Source: Candidatus Versatilivorator sp. (GTDB lineage Bacteria; Acidobacteriota; Terriglobia; Versatilivoradales; Versatilivoraceae). Taken from it: a DNA stretch of 64,000 bases. Below, in pieces: positions 28,661 through 37,966 of the stretch (positions are counted from its first letter, which is position 1; every line of letters begins with the position of its first letter). The stretch covers positions 4,416,001 to 4,480,000 of the forward strand of contig OZ242296.1 of assembly GCA_965207735.1 (NCBI GenBank). Reading direction: 5' to 3'. The translations under genes and the position numbers were made by a program. The notes beneath the pieces are model-generated. The model saw only the letters and a list, made by a program, of their open reading frames with translations. It was not told where the DNA came from and made no database searches.

Positions 28661-29536
28661 CTAAACCTGCAGCTGCCTCAGGTATTCCGCAAACCGTCTG
28701 CCCAGATCCTGTCGCTTGAGGGCGAATTCGACGGTCGCTTCCAGAAAACCCAGCTTGTCGCCGGCGTCATAACGTTTTCCCGCAAAACGGAGAGCGTGAA
28801 TGGCCTGACTGTTCAACAGACCCCTCAACCCATGGGTGAGTTGAATCTCACCGCCCCCGTCGGGAGCGGTCCGGTCCAGAACCTCGAAGATTTCCGGTGT
28901 CAGCAGGTAACGGCCGATGACGGCCAGGTTGGAAGGTGCCTGCTCGAAGGGTGGCTTCTCCACCAGGTCAAGCACCTTGAAGACTCCCGACTCGGCGACT
29001 CCCACCGTCGCGCCCGTCTCAATCACGCCGTACTGACTGATGGCGGGACCGTTGACCTCCTGAGTGGCCAGCACCGAGGTCCGATACTCCTCAAAAACGT
29101 CCATCATCTGGCCGATGCAGGGCGTGGGGCCGTCGATGATGTCATCGCCCAGCAGCACCGCAAAGGGCTCATCGCCGACCAGGTCCCGGGCGGCCAGCAC
29201 GGCGTGACCCAGTCCGAGAGCCTGCTTCTGCCGAACGAAGGAGACCGTGGCCAGATTGGAGGACGCCCGAACCTGCTGCAGCAGATCGCCCTTCCCCCGT
29301 TCCTCCAAGGTCTTCTCCAGTTCGAAAGCCACATCGAAATGGTCCTCAATGGCGCCCTTCCCCCTTCCGGTCACGATGATCACCTGGTCGATGCCGGAGG
29401 CCACGGCCTCCTCGACCACGTACTGGATCAAGGGCTTGTCCACCAGGGGAAGCATTTCCTTGGGCTGGGCCTTGGTGGCCGGCAGAAACCGGGTCCCCAG
29501 GCCGGCTGCCGGAATCACTGCCTTGCGAATTCGCAT
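28661..29536 (-). CDS. galU: UTP--glucose-1-phosphate uridylyltransferase
   Basis: KAVIPAAGLGTRFLPATKAQPKEMLP, GLGHAV and VEKP motifs. Confidence 0.96.
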   Translation of the reverse strand: MRIRKAVIPAAGLGTRFLPATKAQPKEMLPLVDKPLIQYVVEEAVASGIDQVIIVTGRGKGAIEDHFDVAFELEKTLEERGKGDLLQQVRASSNLATVSFVRQKQALGLGHAVLAARDLVGDEPFAVLLGDDIIDGPTPCIGQMMDVFEEYRTSVLATQEVNGPAISQYGVIETGATVGVAESGVFKVLDLVEKPPFEQAPSNLAVIGRYLLTPEIFEVLDRTAPDGGGEIQLTHGLRGLLNSQAIHALRFAGKRYDAGDKLGFLEATVEFALKRQDLGRRFAEYLRQLQV

Positions 29537-29549
29537 GGGTTCCCAACGC

Positions 29550-30965
29550 TCACTTCAGGTGCAAGACCACCATTTTCTGTTCCGTCATCTCATGGATGGC
29601 GTATTTTGGGCCTTCCTTGCCGAATCCACTTTCCTTCAACCCGCCGTAGGGCATCAGATCCGCTCTCCACTGGGGTCCCCAATTGACATGCAGGTTGCCG
29701 GAGTCCACCTCGCGGGCAAACTTCATGGCCCAATCCAGGTTCTCGGTGAAGATCCCCGCGGACAGTCCATAGTGGGTATCGTTGGCGAGCCTGACAGCCT
29801 CATCCACCGACGCGCAGGAACTGAGCGCTACCGCCGGGCCGAACACCTCCTCGCAGGAAATACGCATGGCGGGGTCCACGTCCCCGACCAGAGTCGGCGA
29901 GTGCAAAGTTCCCTGGCGGTCTCCGCCGGCCAGGAGCCGGGCTCCACCTGCAACCGCCTCCTGCACCCAGGACTGCACGCGCTCGGCATCGGACTCTCGG
30001 ATCATGGGCCCCATGCCGATGTCCTGGCTCAGCGGGTTGCCGAAACTCATGGACTTCACCTTGGGGCTCAAGGCTTCGCCAAGCTCTCCATAGATATCAG
30101 AAAGCGCCAGGACCCTCTGCGCGCTGATGCAAACCTGACCGGCGTTGCTGTAGCCGGTGGCCAGAATGGCCTGGCACACCTTCTCCAGGTCGGCGTCGGG
30201 CATGACGATCAGCGGGGCGTTGCTGCCCAGCTCCATGGTGACTTTCTTCAATCCGGCCGTCTTGCAGATGTCCTCCCCCACGTCCCGGCTGCCGGTGAAG
30301 GTGATTTTCCGGACCCTCCGATCGGCGCACAAGGCTCGGCCGATCTCCCCTCCACCCCCGGTGATGCATTGAACGGCCGGCGGCGGGAACCCCGCCTCGA
30401 GCATGATCTCGGTGAGCTTCAACGCGGACAGCGGAGTATCGCTGGCAGGTTTGATGATCACGCTGTTGCCCGCGGCCAGGGCGGGTCCCACCTTGTGGGC
30501 CACCAGGTTGAGCGGGAAATTGAAGGGCGTCACCGCGGCGACCACCCCGCAGGGCACCCGCAGGGTGAACCCCAAGCGGTTGCCAGAGCCGGGAGCGCCC
30601 CCAAGTGGAATCATCTCGCCCGTCACCCGCTTGGCCTCTTCGGCCGAGACCTCCAGAGTCTGGGCGGCCCGCGACGCTTCCACCCGGGCCTCCCCGATGA
30701 TCTTGCCTTCCTCCAGGGTGATGGTCCTGGCCAGGTCCTCGCTGCGCTCTTCAACCAGGCGGGTGGCTCTGGCCAGCAATTCATACCGCTCATAGGCGTC
30801 CATCCGCCTCATGAGGTCCGCCCCCTGCTGAGCGGTTTCCAGCGCGCTGTCCACATCTGCCAAACCGGCCCGAGGCACGGTATCGACCACGCTGTCGTCA
30901 AAGGGATTTCTCACTTCGATCTTTTCCGATCTTTCGACCCATTGGTCCGCCAGGAACATTTTCAT
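29550..30965 (-). CDS. Aldehyde dehydrogenase family protein
   Basis: TPFNFPLNL, FTGS, MELGSN, AGQVCIS and EEVFGP motifs. Confidence 0.93.
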   Translation of the reverse strand: MKMFLADQWVERSEKIEVRNPFDDSVVDTVPRAGLADVDSALETAQQGADLMRRMDAYERYELLARATRLVEERSEDLARTITLEEGKIIGEARVEASRAAQTLEVSAEEAKRVTGEMIPLGGAPGSGNRLGFTLRVPCGVVAAVTPFNFPLNLVAHKVGPALAAGNSVIIKPASDTPLSALKLTEIMLEAGFPPPAVQCITGGGGEIGRALCADRRVRKITFTGSRDVGEDICKTAGLKKVTMELGSNAPLIVMPDADLEKVCQAILATGYSNAGQVCISAQRVLALSDIYGELGEALSPKVKSMSFGNPLSQDIGMGPMIRESDAERVQSWVQEAVAGGARLLAGGDRQGTLHSPTLVGDVDPAMRISCEEVFGPAVALSSCASVDEAVRLANDTHYGLSAGIFTENLDWAMKFAREVDSGNLHVNWGPQWRADLMPYGGLKESGFGKEGPKYAIHEMTEQKMVVLHLK

Positions 30966-30999
30966 CTCGAACTCCCTCTCATCTCACCGGTGGAGGCCA

Positions 31000-31057
31000 T
31001 TCTACACTCTCCACTCTCCACTCTCCACTCATCACTCATCACTCTCCACTCTCCACT
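31000..31057. repeat. Heptamer tandem repeat (CTCTCCA)3(CTCATCA)2(CTCTCCA)2
   Basis: Read directly; seven units at 31007-31055 plus a degenerate unit, in a divergent intergenic region. Confidence 0.9.
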
Positions 31058-31143
31058 GCAGTTTAGTTTATACTGGCATACCTGTCGGCCTGTGAGGGCT
31101 CAGGGCCGCAAAGCAGAACGCCCCGATCGAAGAGGAACCCGGA

Positions 31144-31989
31144 ATGACCACCTCCAGGAACGTCGATATCTACGAAGAAATTACACGCCTGCGCCAACAG
31201 GGGAAACGGGCGGCCCTGGCCACCATTATTCAGATCCGGGGGTCGGTGCCCAGCTTCGAAACCGCCAAGATCCTGGTGCGCGAGGACGGTTCCACCCTGG
31301 GTACGGTCGGGGGCGGCTGCGTGGAAAACGATGTCTGGAAGGCTGCCCGCCAGGTGATGGCGGCGGAAAAACCCAAGCGCCTGCTCTTCGACCTGACCGA
31401 CACCTCCAACCTGGAGGCCGGGCTGATCTGCGGCGGCAAGGTCGAGGTCTTCGTGGAACCTATCCTGGCCACCCCCACGGTCCACATCTTCGGGGCCGGC
31501 CACGTCTCCAAGTTCATCTCCAAGGTGGCGGTACTGGCCGGCTTCAACTCGGTCATCATCGACAATCGTCCCCAGTACGCCAACGCCGAGCGTTTCCCCG
31601 AGGCCACTCGGATCTACTCGGAGAGCTTCGAGGCGGCCTTTGAGGACATCCATCCCAACGAGTTTTCCTACATCGTGATCGTCACCCGCGGCCATCAGGA
31701 AGACCAGACCGTCCTCGGCTGGGCCGCCCGCACTCGCGCGCGCTACATCGGCATGATCGGAAGCAAGGTCAAGAAGAGAACGTTGTTTCAGAATTTGCGG
31801 GAGGAGGGCATTCCCCAGGAAGCGCTGGATCGGGTCCAATCCCCCATGGGGGTTGAAATCAACGCCATTCTACCCGAGGAAATCGCCGTGAGCGTGGTGG
31901 CTCAGATGATCGAGTACAGGCGCTCCAAGCCGGGCAGTCGGTCGTCTCGCGCCCCGGTGCGGGCTGCCGTAGTTGGCGCGGGCGGCTGA
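31144..31989 (+). CDS. XdhC/CoxI family molybdoenzyme maturation factor
   Basis: GTVGGGCVE, GLICGG, FGAGHV, VTRGH, YIGMIGS and PEEIAVS motifs. Confidence 0.92.
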   Translation: MTTSRNVDIYEEITRLRQQGKRAALATIIQIRGSVPSFETAKILVREDGSTLGTVGGGCVENDVWKAARQVMAAEKPKRLLFDLTDTSNLEAGLICGGKVEVFVEPILATPTVHIFGAGHVSKFISKVAVLAGFNSVIIDNRPQYANAERFPEATRIYSESFEAAFEDIHPNEFSYIVIVTRGHQEDQTVLGWAARTRARYIGMIGSKVKKRTLFQNLREEGIPQEALDRVQSPMGVEINAILPEEIAVSVVAQMIEYRRSKPGSRSSRAPVRAAVVGAGG

Positions 31990-32026
31990 AGCGCGTCCCC
32001 AGGGCAAGACCTGAATGAGCCGCCGT

Positions 32027-33046
32027 TTACATGCCGCGCCCATCCACGCTCACATATTTCCTGACTCCCTCCATCAGCGATTCGAATTCGGCGGGCAGCA
32101 GTGACTGAGGTCCGTCGGAGAAGGCCTCCTCCGGCTTGGGGTGAACCTCCACCAGCAGGCCGTGGGCGCCCACGGCGACTGCAGCGTTGGAAACGGGAGC
32201 AATGAGGTTGCGTTTGCCGGTGCCGTGGCTGGGGTCCACCACCACCGGCAGGTGGGAGAGTTGCTGCAGGGCCGGCACGGCCGAGATATCGAGGGTATTG
32301 CGGGTGTAGGTCTCGAAGGTGCGGATACCGCGCTCACAGAGAATGACCTGGGAATTGCCCTGGGAGAGGATATATTCCGCGGACATGAGGAACTCCTTGA
32401 GCGTCGACATCATGCCCCGCTTGAGCAGGACGGGCTTGCGGGTCCTGCCCAGCCGCTTCAGCAGGGCAAAGTTCTGCATGTTCCTGGCTCCGACCTGGAA
32501 GATATCGGTGTATTCGTTCACCAGATCGACGTTCTCCGTATTGACGACCTCGGTAATGATTTTCAGCCCGGTTCGCTCCCGAGCCTCCGCCAGTAGCTTG
32601 AGCCCTTCCTCCTCCAGGCCCTGGAAATCGTAAGGAGAGGTCCGCGGCTTATAGGCCCCGCCTCGAAGAACCTTGGCGCCGGCTGCCTTGACGCTTTCGG
32701 CCGTCTGCATGAGCTGTTCCCGGTACTCGACCGAGCAGGGACCGGCCATGACTACGAACTGGTCCCCTCCGATGGTGAATCCGTCCATCCGGACAACGGT
32801 ACGCTCCTGCTTCAACTCCTTGCCCACCAGCTTGAAAGGCTGCTGGATGGGAATGACCGATTCCACCCCGGGGACCGATTCCATGACCGAGATGACCCGG
32901 TCCTTGTCTTTTCCGTCGCCGACGGCTCCGATGACCACTCGTTCCGCACCCTGGATGGGATGGGCTGCATAGCCGAAACTCTTTATCTTGTCGCACACGT
33001 AATCCACCTGTTGGCTGGTAGCCTGACGGATCATGGAAATGATCAT
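32027..33046 (-). CDS. aroF: 3-deoxy-7-phosphoheptulonate (DAHP) synthase, type I-beta with N-terminal regulatory domain
   Basis: [33 protein letters not shown] and DPSHGTG; AAGGAG RBS. Confidence 0.95.
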   Translation of the reverse strand: MIISMIRQATSQQVDYVCDKIKSFGYAAHPIQGAERVVIGAVGDGKDKDRVISVMESVPGVESVIPIQQPFKLVGKELKQERTVVRMDGFTIGGDQFVVMAGPCSVEYREQLMQTAESVKAAGAKVLRGGAYKPRTSPYDFQGLEEEGLKLLAEARERTGLKIITEVVNTENVDLVNEYTDIFQVGARNMQNFALLKRLGRTRKPVLLKRGMMSTLKEFLMSAEYILSQGNSQVILCERGIRTFETYTRNTLDISAVPALQQLSHLPVVVDPSHGTGKRNLIAPVSNAAVAVGAHGLLVEVHPKPEEAFSDGPQSLLPAEFESLMEGVRKYVSVDGRGM

Positions 33047-33064
33047 GAGACACTCCTTAACCGC

Positions 33065-33091
33065 AAAAAAGCCCGCCGGGGAGGCGGGCTT
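33065..33091 (-). terminator. Attenuator terminator upstream of aroF
   Basis: Minus strand AAGCCCGCC-tcccc-GGCGGGCTT followed by a U-tract. Confidence 0.85.
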
Positions 33092-33123
33092 GAATTCATT
33101 CCAAGGATCATCCTCAGCTCGAT

Positions 33124-33237
33124 TCAATCCGCCCGCCTGCCCCAAAAATACCAGGACAGGCTGCTAAAGGAACCGAATCTGGAATAAGGCCGATTCTGGC
33201 GCGGCGCCGGTCGGCGGACTTCACAACGCGACCGCAT
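33124..33237 (-). CDS. Aromatic amino-acid attenuation leader peptide (37 aa, W-Y-F-W)
   Basis: [37 protein letters not shown]; control codons lie immediately before the antiterminator arm. Confidence 0.8.
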   Translation of the reverse strand: MRSRCEVRRPAPRQNRPYSRFGSFSSLSWYFWGRRAD

Positions 33238-33314
33238 TGTCAGTTTCGATATGCAAGTTTGCGAAGACACGGACAAACCTCAAGATAACTTCACCGACCC
33301 TAACCTGCAAAGCC

Positions 33315-33342
33315 ATCATAGTCCATCCACGGGCATTGTCAA
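33315..33342 (-). promoter_or_regulatory. Putative sigma70 promoter for leader-aroF (TTGACA-16-TATGAT)
   Basis: Near-consensus hexamers ~80 bp upstream of the leader ATG. Confidence 0.65.
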
Positions 33343-33361
33343 TACGAAATGGGATTCGCAG

Positions 33362-34262
33362 CTTGTCTGAAACAAACGACAAAAGACAAAGAAAAAGACT
33401 TGTCCACGAAGGAGCACGAAGAACGACGAAGGGGCACTAAGGGGCTGAGGTTGGCCGCGACGGGATACCAAGGTCGCGAAGGGATTGTCGATTTCTGATT
33501 GTTTCACCCTCGGATGATCTGCCCGGCAGGGCAGGGGCCCGGCTTGCCTGAAACAACCGACAAACGACAAAAGATAAAAGACTTATCCACCAAGGGGCAC
33601 GAAGAACGACGAAGGGGCACTAAGGGGCTGAGGTTGGTCGCGACGGGGTACCAATGTTCGCGAAGGGTTGGTCGATTTCCGATTGTTTCACTCTATGTAT
33701 GATCCGCACACCAGGGCGGGGGCCCGGCTTGCCTGAAACAACCGACAAGAGACAAAAGAAAAAGACTTATCCACGAAGACACACGAAGGACAACGAAGGA
33801 CACAAGGGACAAAGAGGATTTGTCCGCGAAGAAGCAACAAGGACCGCGGCCGAGCCAGTGGGGGGCTTCCGACCCCATCGTGATTTAAGGAGATCATTAA
33901 CATCGATGCACAGGATTCACAGGATTCTTCAGGAAACGGCTGGCTTCTACTGCCGGGAATCCGCAAATCCGCACCGGATCATCGCCCGAGTTGGCTTCTG
34001 GTGCAGGAAGCTCTCGTCCTGTTAATCCTGTGCATCCTGTGCATCCATGTTCAATTCTTAGTCCTTCTCGATTGATCTTCCCCGTGGCGGGCCTTGGCCG
34101 TGCCCAACGCCCCGATTCCCAGTCAGCGTCCCGTGCAGCGGCCTCTGGTCCTATTAATCCTGTCTCTTTCCAAAACGCAAACAGCTGGCTGTTTCTCCTC
34201 TGAATGATCCGCACGGCAGGGCGGGGGCCCGGCTTGTCTGAAACAACCGACAAAAGACAAAG
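33362..34262 (-). repeat. Family A ~180-bp repeat tandem array (continues at 35750-35970 beyond the IS)
   Basis: Units begin CTTG(C/T)CTGAAACAA at 33362, 33543, 33728 and 34233. Confidence 0.9.
33898..34053. repeat. Family B inverted-repeat element (ACAT.GATG.ACAGGAT..ACAGGAT ... ATCCTGTGCATCCTGT.CATCCATGTT)
   Basis: Inverted arms built from 9-mer units; second copy at 40773-40983. Confidence 0.75.
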
Positions 34263-35749
34263 GAGCCTTTTGCAAAATTCGGAATCGGGCATGACATTGG
34301 GCTGGCAACAGTGATGTTCCGGCGGTGACTACCCAGCTGCAAAGACCCTTTTGAAGGAAAAAGCCCGAATCTGATGGCCGGATGGCCAGCGGTCGCCGGA
34401 CGCAGGCACAGCTTACCCTCTCCCGGCCTTGAGGCGGGCGAACCTGCTGTGCGGTTGGGGGTGGCAACCCGGTCTTCAGAGCGTCAGGCGCATCAACTGA
34501 TCCACCGTCAGGGCCAGAATGCCGAACATCAGGTGGCACCTCACCTTGTCGGGGCCGCGAACCCTCACCTGCCTCCCGCCAAACTCCTCCTTGAGCCGTC
34601 CGTTGACCCGCTCCACCGTCGAGCGTTCCCGGTAGCGCCGCGCCTCGGGAGTCACTTGGCCGATACAGCGCCGGGCCAGTGCCTCCCGCTTCCGCTCGGC
34701 TTTCAAGGTAGCTCTTCGGCGGGGGTTGACGTCAATAATCGGCACATGCCCCAGCTTCTCACTGAAGGCCCGGATCTCCGGCGCATCGTAGGCGCTGTCC
34801 ATCAAGTCGTAGAGACTCTCGACCCGCCTTGCCGTCAGCGTCGCCAGCGGAATGGCTGCCTGAGAGTCATGCACCGAGGCCGAGGTCAGCAGACAACTGA
34901 CCGGAATCCCGCCGTCAATGGCGTCGAGGTGTAGCTTGTAGCCGGTCCAGCTCTCCTGATGCCCCTTGGCGTTGCGCTTGACGCCGATGTCGCAGGCCTT
35001 GGGCAACTCCTTCAACATTTCCTCCAGCGTCATCGACCCCTGCCGCTCCAGCCGGCTCAACCGCTTGGGCCGTCGCTCGCCCTTCGGCGGCCGGCCCCGC
35101 CGGCGTTTCCGCTTGGCCTCCGGCGCAGCCTTGGCCGCTGGCTTTTCCCGTCCCGCAATCGCCGTCGAGTCCCTCGACACATGCCCCGCCAAGTGGCCCT
35201 TCAGCGTCTCCTCCAGCAATGCCTCGTGCAAACGCCCCGGCAGGTCGCTCTCAGCGAATTCCGCAAAGGCCCGCGAGAAGGTCGACTCGCTCGGTACCTC
35301 CCACGCCCTCTCCCAGCCGCACAGCCGCCGCAGCCTCCCCTCACTCCTCAGCCGCTCCACCAATCCCCGCGTGGTCGCCACCTCCAGCATCGACTTCGCC
35401 AGATAGGCTCGCGCCAGCACTGCCCGATCCTCCAGCGGCCGGCCACGCCAGCCCCGACTGTAAGGCAGCAACTCCTCCACCCGCACCAACTCCAATACCT
35501 GCACCAGCCGCTGGTAACGCTCTCCCAGAGGCCCCAAAACTTCCTCCAGCAGGGGAAACAGCTCTCGTTGAAACCGGAACCAGTGTCGTGATAGGGTTTC
35601 CCTAAGGGGCAAGTTCCACCTCCGTTCATCATGTGGTTCAGACACCTTCATGATACAACAGACAGTGGTCTTGCCCCTCCTTCCACCTGCCCTCCTTGAT
35701 CTTTCCCCACGTGAAAATTCCCGCTATCTGCGAATTTTGCAAAAGGCTC
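34263..35749 (-). mobile_element. IS5/IS1182-like insertion sequence, 1487 bp
   Basis: Perfect 19-bp TIRs GAGCCTTTTGCAAAATTCG / CGAATTTTGCAAAAGGCTC; 4-bp target duplication AAAG; removing it restores a family A repeat. Confidence 0.9.
34476..35651 (-). CDS. DDE transposase (IS5/IS1182-like)
   Basis: VPSESTFSR, RDSTAI, GYKLH, MDSAYD and RSTVERVNGRLKE motifs. Confidence 0.92.
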   Translation of the reverse strand: MKVSEPHDERRWNLPLRETLSRHWFRFQRELFPLLEEVLGPLGERYQRLVQVLELVRVEELLPYSRGWRGRPLEDRAVLARAYLAKSMLEVATTRGLVERLRSEGRLRRLCGWERAWEVPSESTFSRAFAEFAESDLPGRLHEALLEETLKGHLAGHVSRDSTAIAGREKPAAKAAPEAKRKRRRGRPPKGERRPKRLSRLERQGSMTLEEMLKELPKACDIGVKRNAKGHQESWTGYKLHLDAIDGGIPVSCLLTSASVHDSQAAIPLATLTARRVESLYDLMDSAYDAPEIRAFSEKLGHVPIIDVNPRRRATLKAERKREALARRCIGQVTPEARRYRERSTVERVNGRLKEEFGGRQVRVRGPDKVRCHLMFGILALTVDQLMRLTL

Positions 35750-36146
35750 AAAGAAAAAGACTTTTCCACGAAGGGGCACGAAGAACGACGAAGGGGCACT
35801 AAGGCGCTGAGGTGAATTGCAACGGGGTACCAAGTTCGCGAAGGGATGATCGATTTCTGATTGTTTCACTCTATGTATGATCCGCACACCAGGGCGGGGG
35901 CGGGACTTGCCTGAAACAAACGAAAAAAGACAAAAGAAAACGAGTTATCCACGAAGGGACACGAATGAACACCAATTGACGGATTGATGAGGTGTTGATT
36001 GGGGGGTGTGACCACCGATATTGAGGGGTTATCTAACACGGACACGAAGTCATTCCAAGGTGACAAAGTTGCAGAAGCATTATGATGCCGCTTGTCGCTT
36101 GAGTGAGTCCACCTGGATTCGTGTGTATTCGTGTCCATTGGTGGTT
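35750..36146 (-). repeat. Family A repeat continuation plus CACGAA/TTCGTG-type inverted 9-mer arms
   Basis: 35750-35960 matches family A; ACACGAATGAACACCAAT at ~35959 is loosely mirrored by ATTCGTGTGTATTCGTGTCCATTGGTG at ~36117-36143. Confidence 0.75.
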
Positions 36147-36400
36147 CGACTTCATTGAGTGATCGCCCGTTTTTCCTCAAATGAACCGCACGACAGGGCG
36201 TGGGCAGGACCGATTGGGATTCGCGGGATTCGGGTGGTGTCGCCCTGAGGCGCCACTGCAGTCCGTCCCTCCAGTCCCCGGAATCCATGCTACCATTTTC
36301 CCCTGGCGACCCCGTCCGTTGCCCAAGAAGTGAATCGGCGGCGGCCGCCGATTCTCCTTCCAACACCCGTTCGACCCGGAGGTTGGTCAGACCGCCCACC

Positions 36401-37333
36401 ATGACAGCCAGGATCATCGACGGCAAGAGGATCGGACAGGAAATCAAAGAGGAAGTGCGCCTTGAAGTGGCGCACCTGAAAGACAGGGGGGTGGTTCCCG
36501 GCCTGGCGGCCGTGCTGGTGGGCAACCACCCGGCCTCGCGCGTCTACGTCAGGAACAAGATCAAGGCCTGCCAATCGCTGGGTGTGTACAGCGAACTGGT
36601 GGCCTTGCCTGAGGAAACCACTACGGCCCAACTCCTTGAATGCGTCTCCGATCTGAACCGGCGAAGCTCGATCCACGGCATCCTGGTTCAATTGCCGCTG
36701 CCGGGCCAGGTAGACGAGCAAGCCGTGCTGCCGGCCATCGACCCCGCCAAGGACGTGGATGGCCTGCATCCCATGAATGCCGGAGCGCTGGCTTTGGGCC
36801 GGGAGGGCTTGCGGCCCTGCACCCCGAGCGGGGTCATGGAGGCCCTTCGCCGGGAAAGGGTTCCCCTCCGGGGCGCCCGCGCCGTGGTGATCGGGCGCAG
36901 CAACCTGGTGGGCAAGCCATTGGGCCTGCTCCTGTTGCAACAGCACGCCACGGTCACCTTCTGCCACTCCCGAACCCACGACCTGGCAGCGGTCGCCAGA
37001 TCCGCGGACATTCTGGTGGCCGCCGTGGGAAGACCGGCCATGGTGACGGCCGATTTCGTCAAGCCCGGAGCCGTGGTCATCGATGTCGGAATCAACCGGG
37101 TCGAGGGGCCCGGACTGGAAAAGCTGCTCGCGGAGGACCCTTCGCTGCAGCCTCGATACGAACGCAATCGCAGCAAAGGGATCCACTCGATCCTGGTGGG
37201 CGATGCCCAGTGGTCAAGCGTCTCCCGAGTGGCCTCTGCCGCCACCCCCGTTCCCGGCGGGGTCGGTCCGCTGACCATTGCGCTTCTGATGAAGAACACG
37301 GTTCAAGCGGCTCGTGTTCTGTCTCGGAAATAG
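36401..37333 (+). CDS. folD: Methylenetetrahydrofolate dehydrogenase/cyclohydrolase
   Basis: YVRNK, KDVDGLHP, PCTP, GRSNLVGKP and PGGVGPLT motifs. Confidence 0.96.
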   Translation: MTARIIDGKRIGQEIKEEVRLEVAHLKDRGVVPGLAAVLVGNHPASRVYVRNKIKACQSLGVYSELVALPEETTTAQLLECVSDLNRRSSIHGILVQLPLPGQVDEQAVLPAIDPAKDVDGLHPMNAGALALGREGLRPCTPSGVMEALRRERVPLRGARAVVIGRSNLVGKPLGLLLLQQHATVTFCHSRTHDLAAVARSADILVAAVGRPAMVTADFVKPGAVVIDVGINRVEGPGLEKLLAEDPSLQPRYERNRSKGIHSILVGDAQWSSVSRVASAATPVPGGVGPLTIALLMKNTVQAARVLSRK

Positions 37334-37354
37334 AAACTTGGACAGCCCTGAGCT

Positions 37355-37966
37355 ATGCTTAGAGTAGGCTTGACGGGGGGCATCGCCTCCGGGAAGTCAA
37401 CGGTCTGCAACTGGCTTGCGGAGCGCGGTTTCAACGTGATCGACGCGGACCGGGTGGCCCATGGCCTGATTCGGAAAGGGCAACCCTGTTTCGATCCGGT
37501 GGTAGCCGTCTTCGGGACCCGGATTCTGGATGCGGGTGGAGAAATCGACCGAAACCGGCTGGGCGAGGTGGTCTTCAACGACCCAGCCCGACTGCAGGAG
37601 TTGAATGCTCTGGTGCATCCGGACGTCATCCGGAATATTCTGGAACAACTGGACCGGCTGGAACGGTCCCATCCGCCGTCGAAGGTGGTGGTGGACGCCT
37701 CGCTGATGATCGAGTCGGGATTCCACAAACAGTTCAAACACTTGATTGTGGTCAGTTGCGGCATCGACCAGCAGGCGGAGCGCCTGATGGCGAGAAACCG
37801 GTTCTCCCGAGCCCAAGCCCTGCAACGCATCGGGCTGCAGTGGCCCTTGCAGACCAAGCTGCCCCTGGCAACGGTCGTGATCGACAATTCGGGAACGCTC
37901 GAGCAGACCCGGCATCAGGTGGACCGGCTGCTGGAGACCCTGGAGGCGGAAAAGGCGAAATGCTGA
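37355..37966 (+). CDS. coaE: Dephospho-CoA kinase
   Basis: GLTGGIASGKST, IDAD and NALVHP motifs. Confidence 0.96.
   Translation: MLRVGLTGGIASGKSTVCNWLAERGFNVIDADRVAHGLIRKGQPCFDPVVAVFGTRILDAGGEIDRNRLGEVVFNDPARLQELNALVHPDVIRNILEQLDRLERSHPPSKVVVDASLMIESGFHKQFKHLIVVSCGIDQQAERLMARNRFSRAQALQRIGLQWPLQTKLPLATVVIDNSGTLEQTRHQVDRLLETLEAEKAKC

Noticed and set aside
29247-31643. 798-aa + strand ORF
   Set aside because: Antisense or off-frame shadow of galU, aldehyde dehydrogenase and xdhC, typical of high-GC DNA.
33047-33145. N-terminal extension of AroF in the ORF track
   Set aside because: It spans the attenuator hairpins; an AAGGAG RBS supports ATG 33046.
33316-34342. Many short ORFs within the repeat arrays (also 56127-57311 and 61052-61803)
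   Set aside because: They are translations of repeat DNA, appear in several frames and on both strands, and carry no protein motifs.
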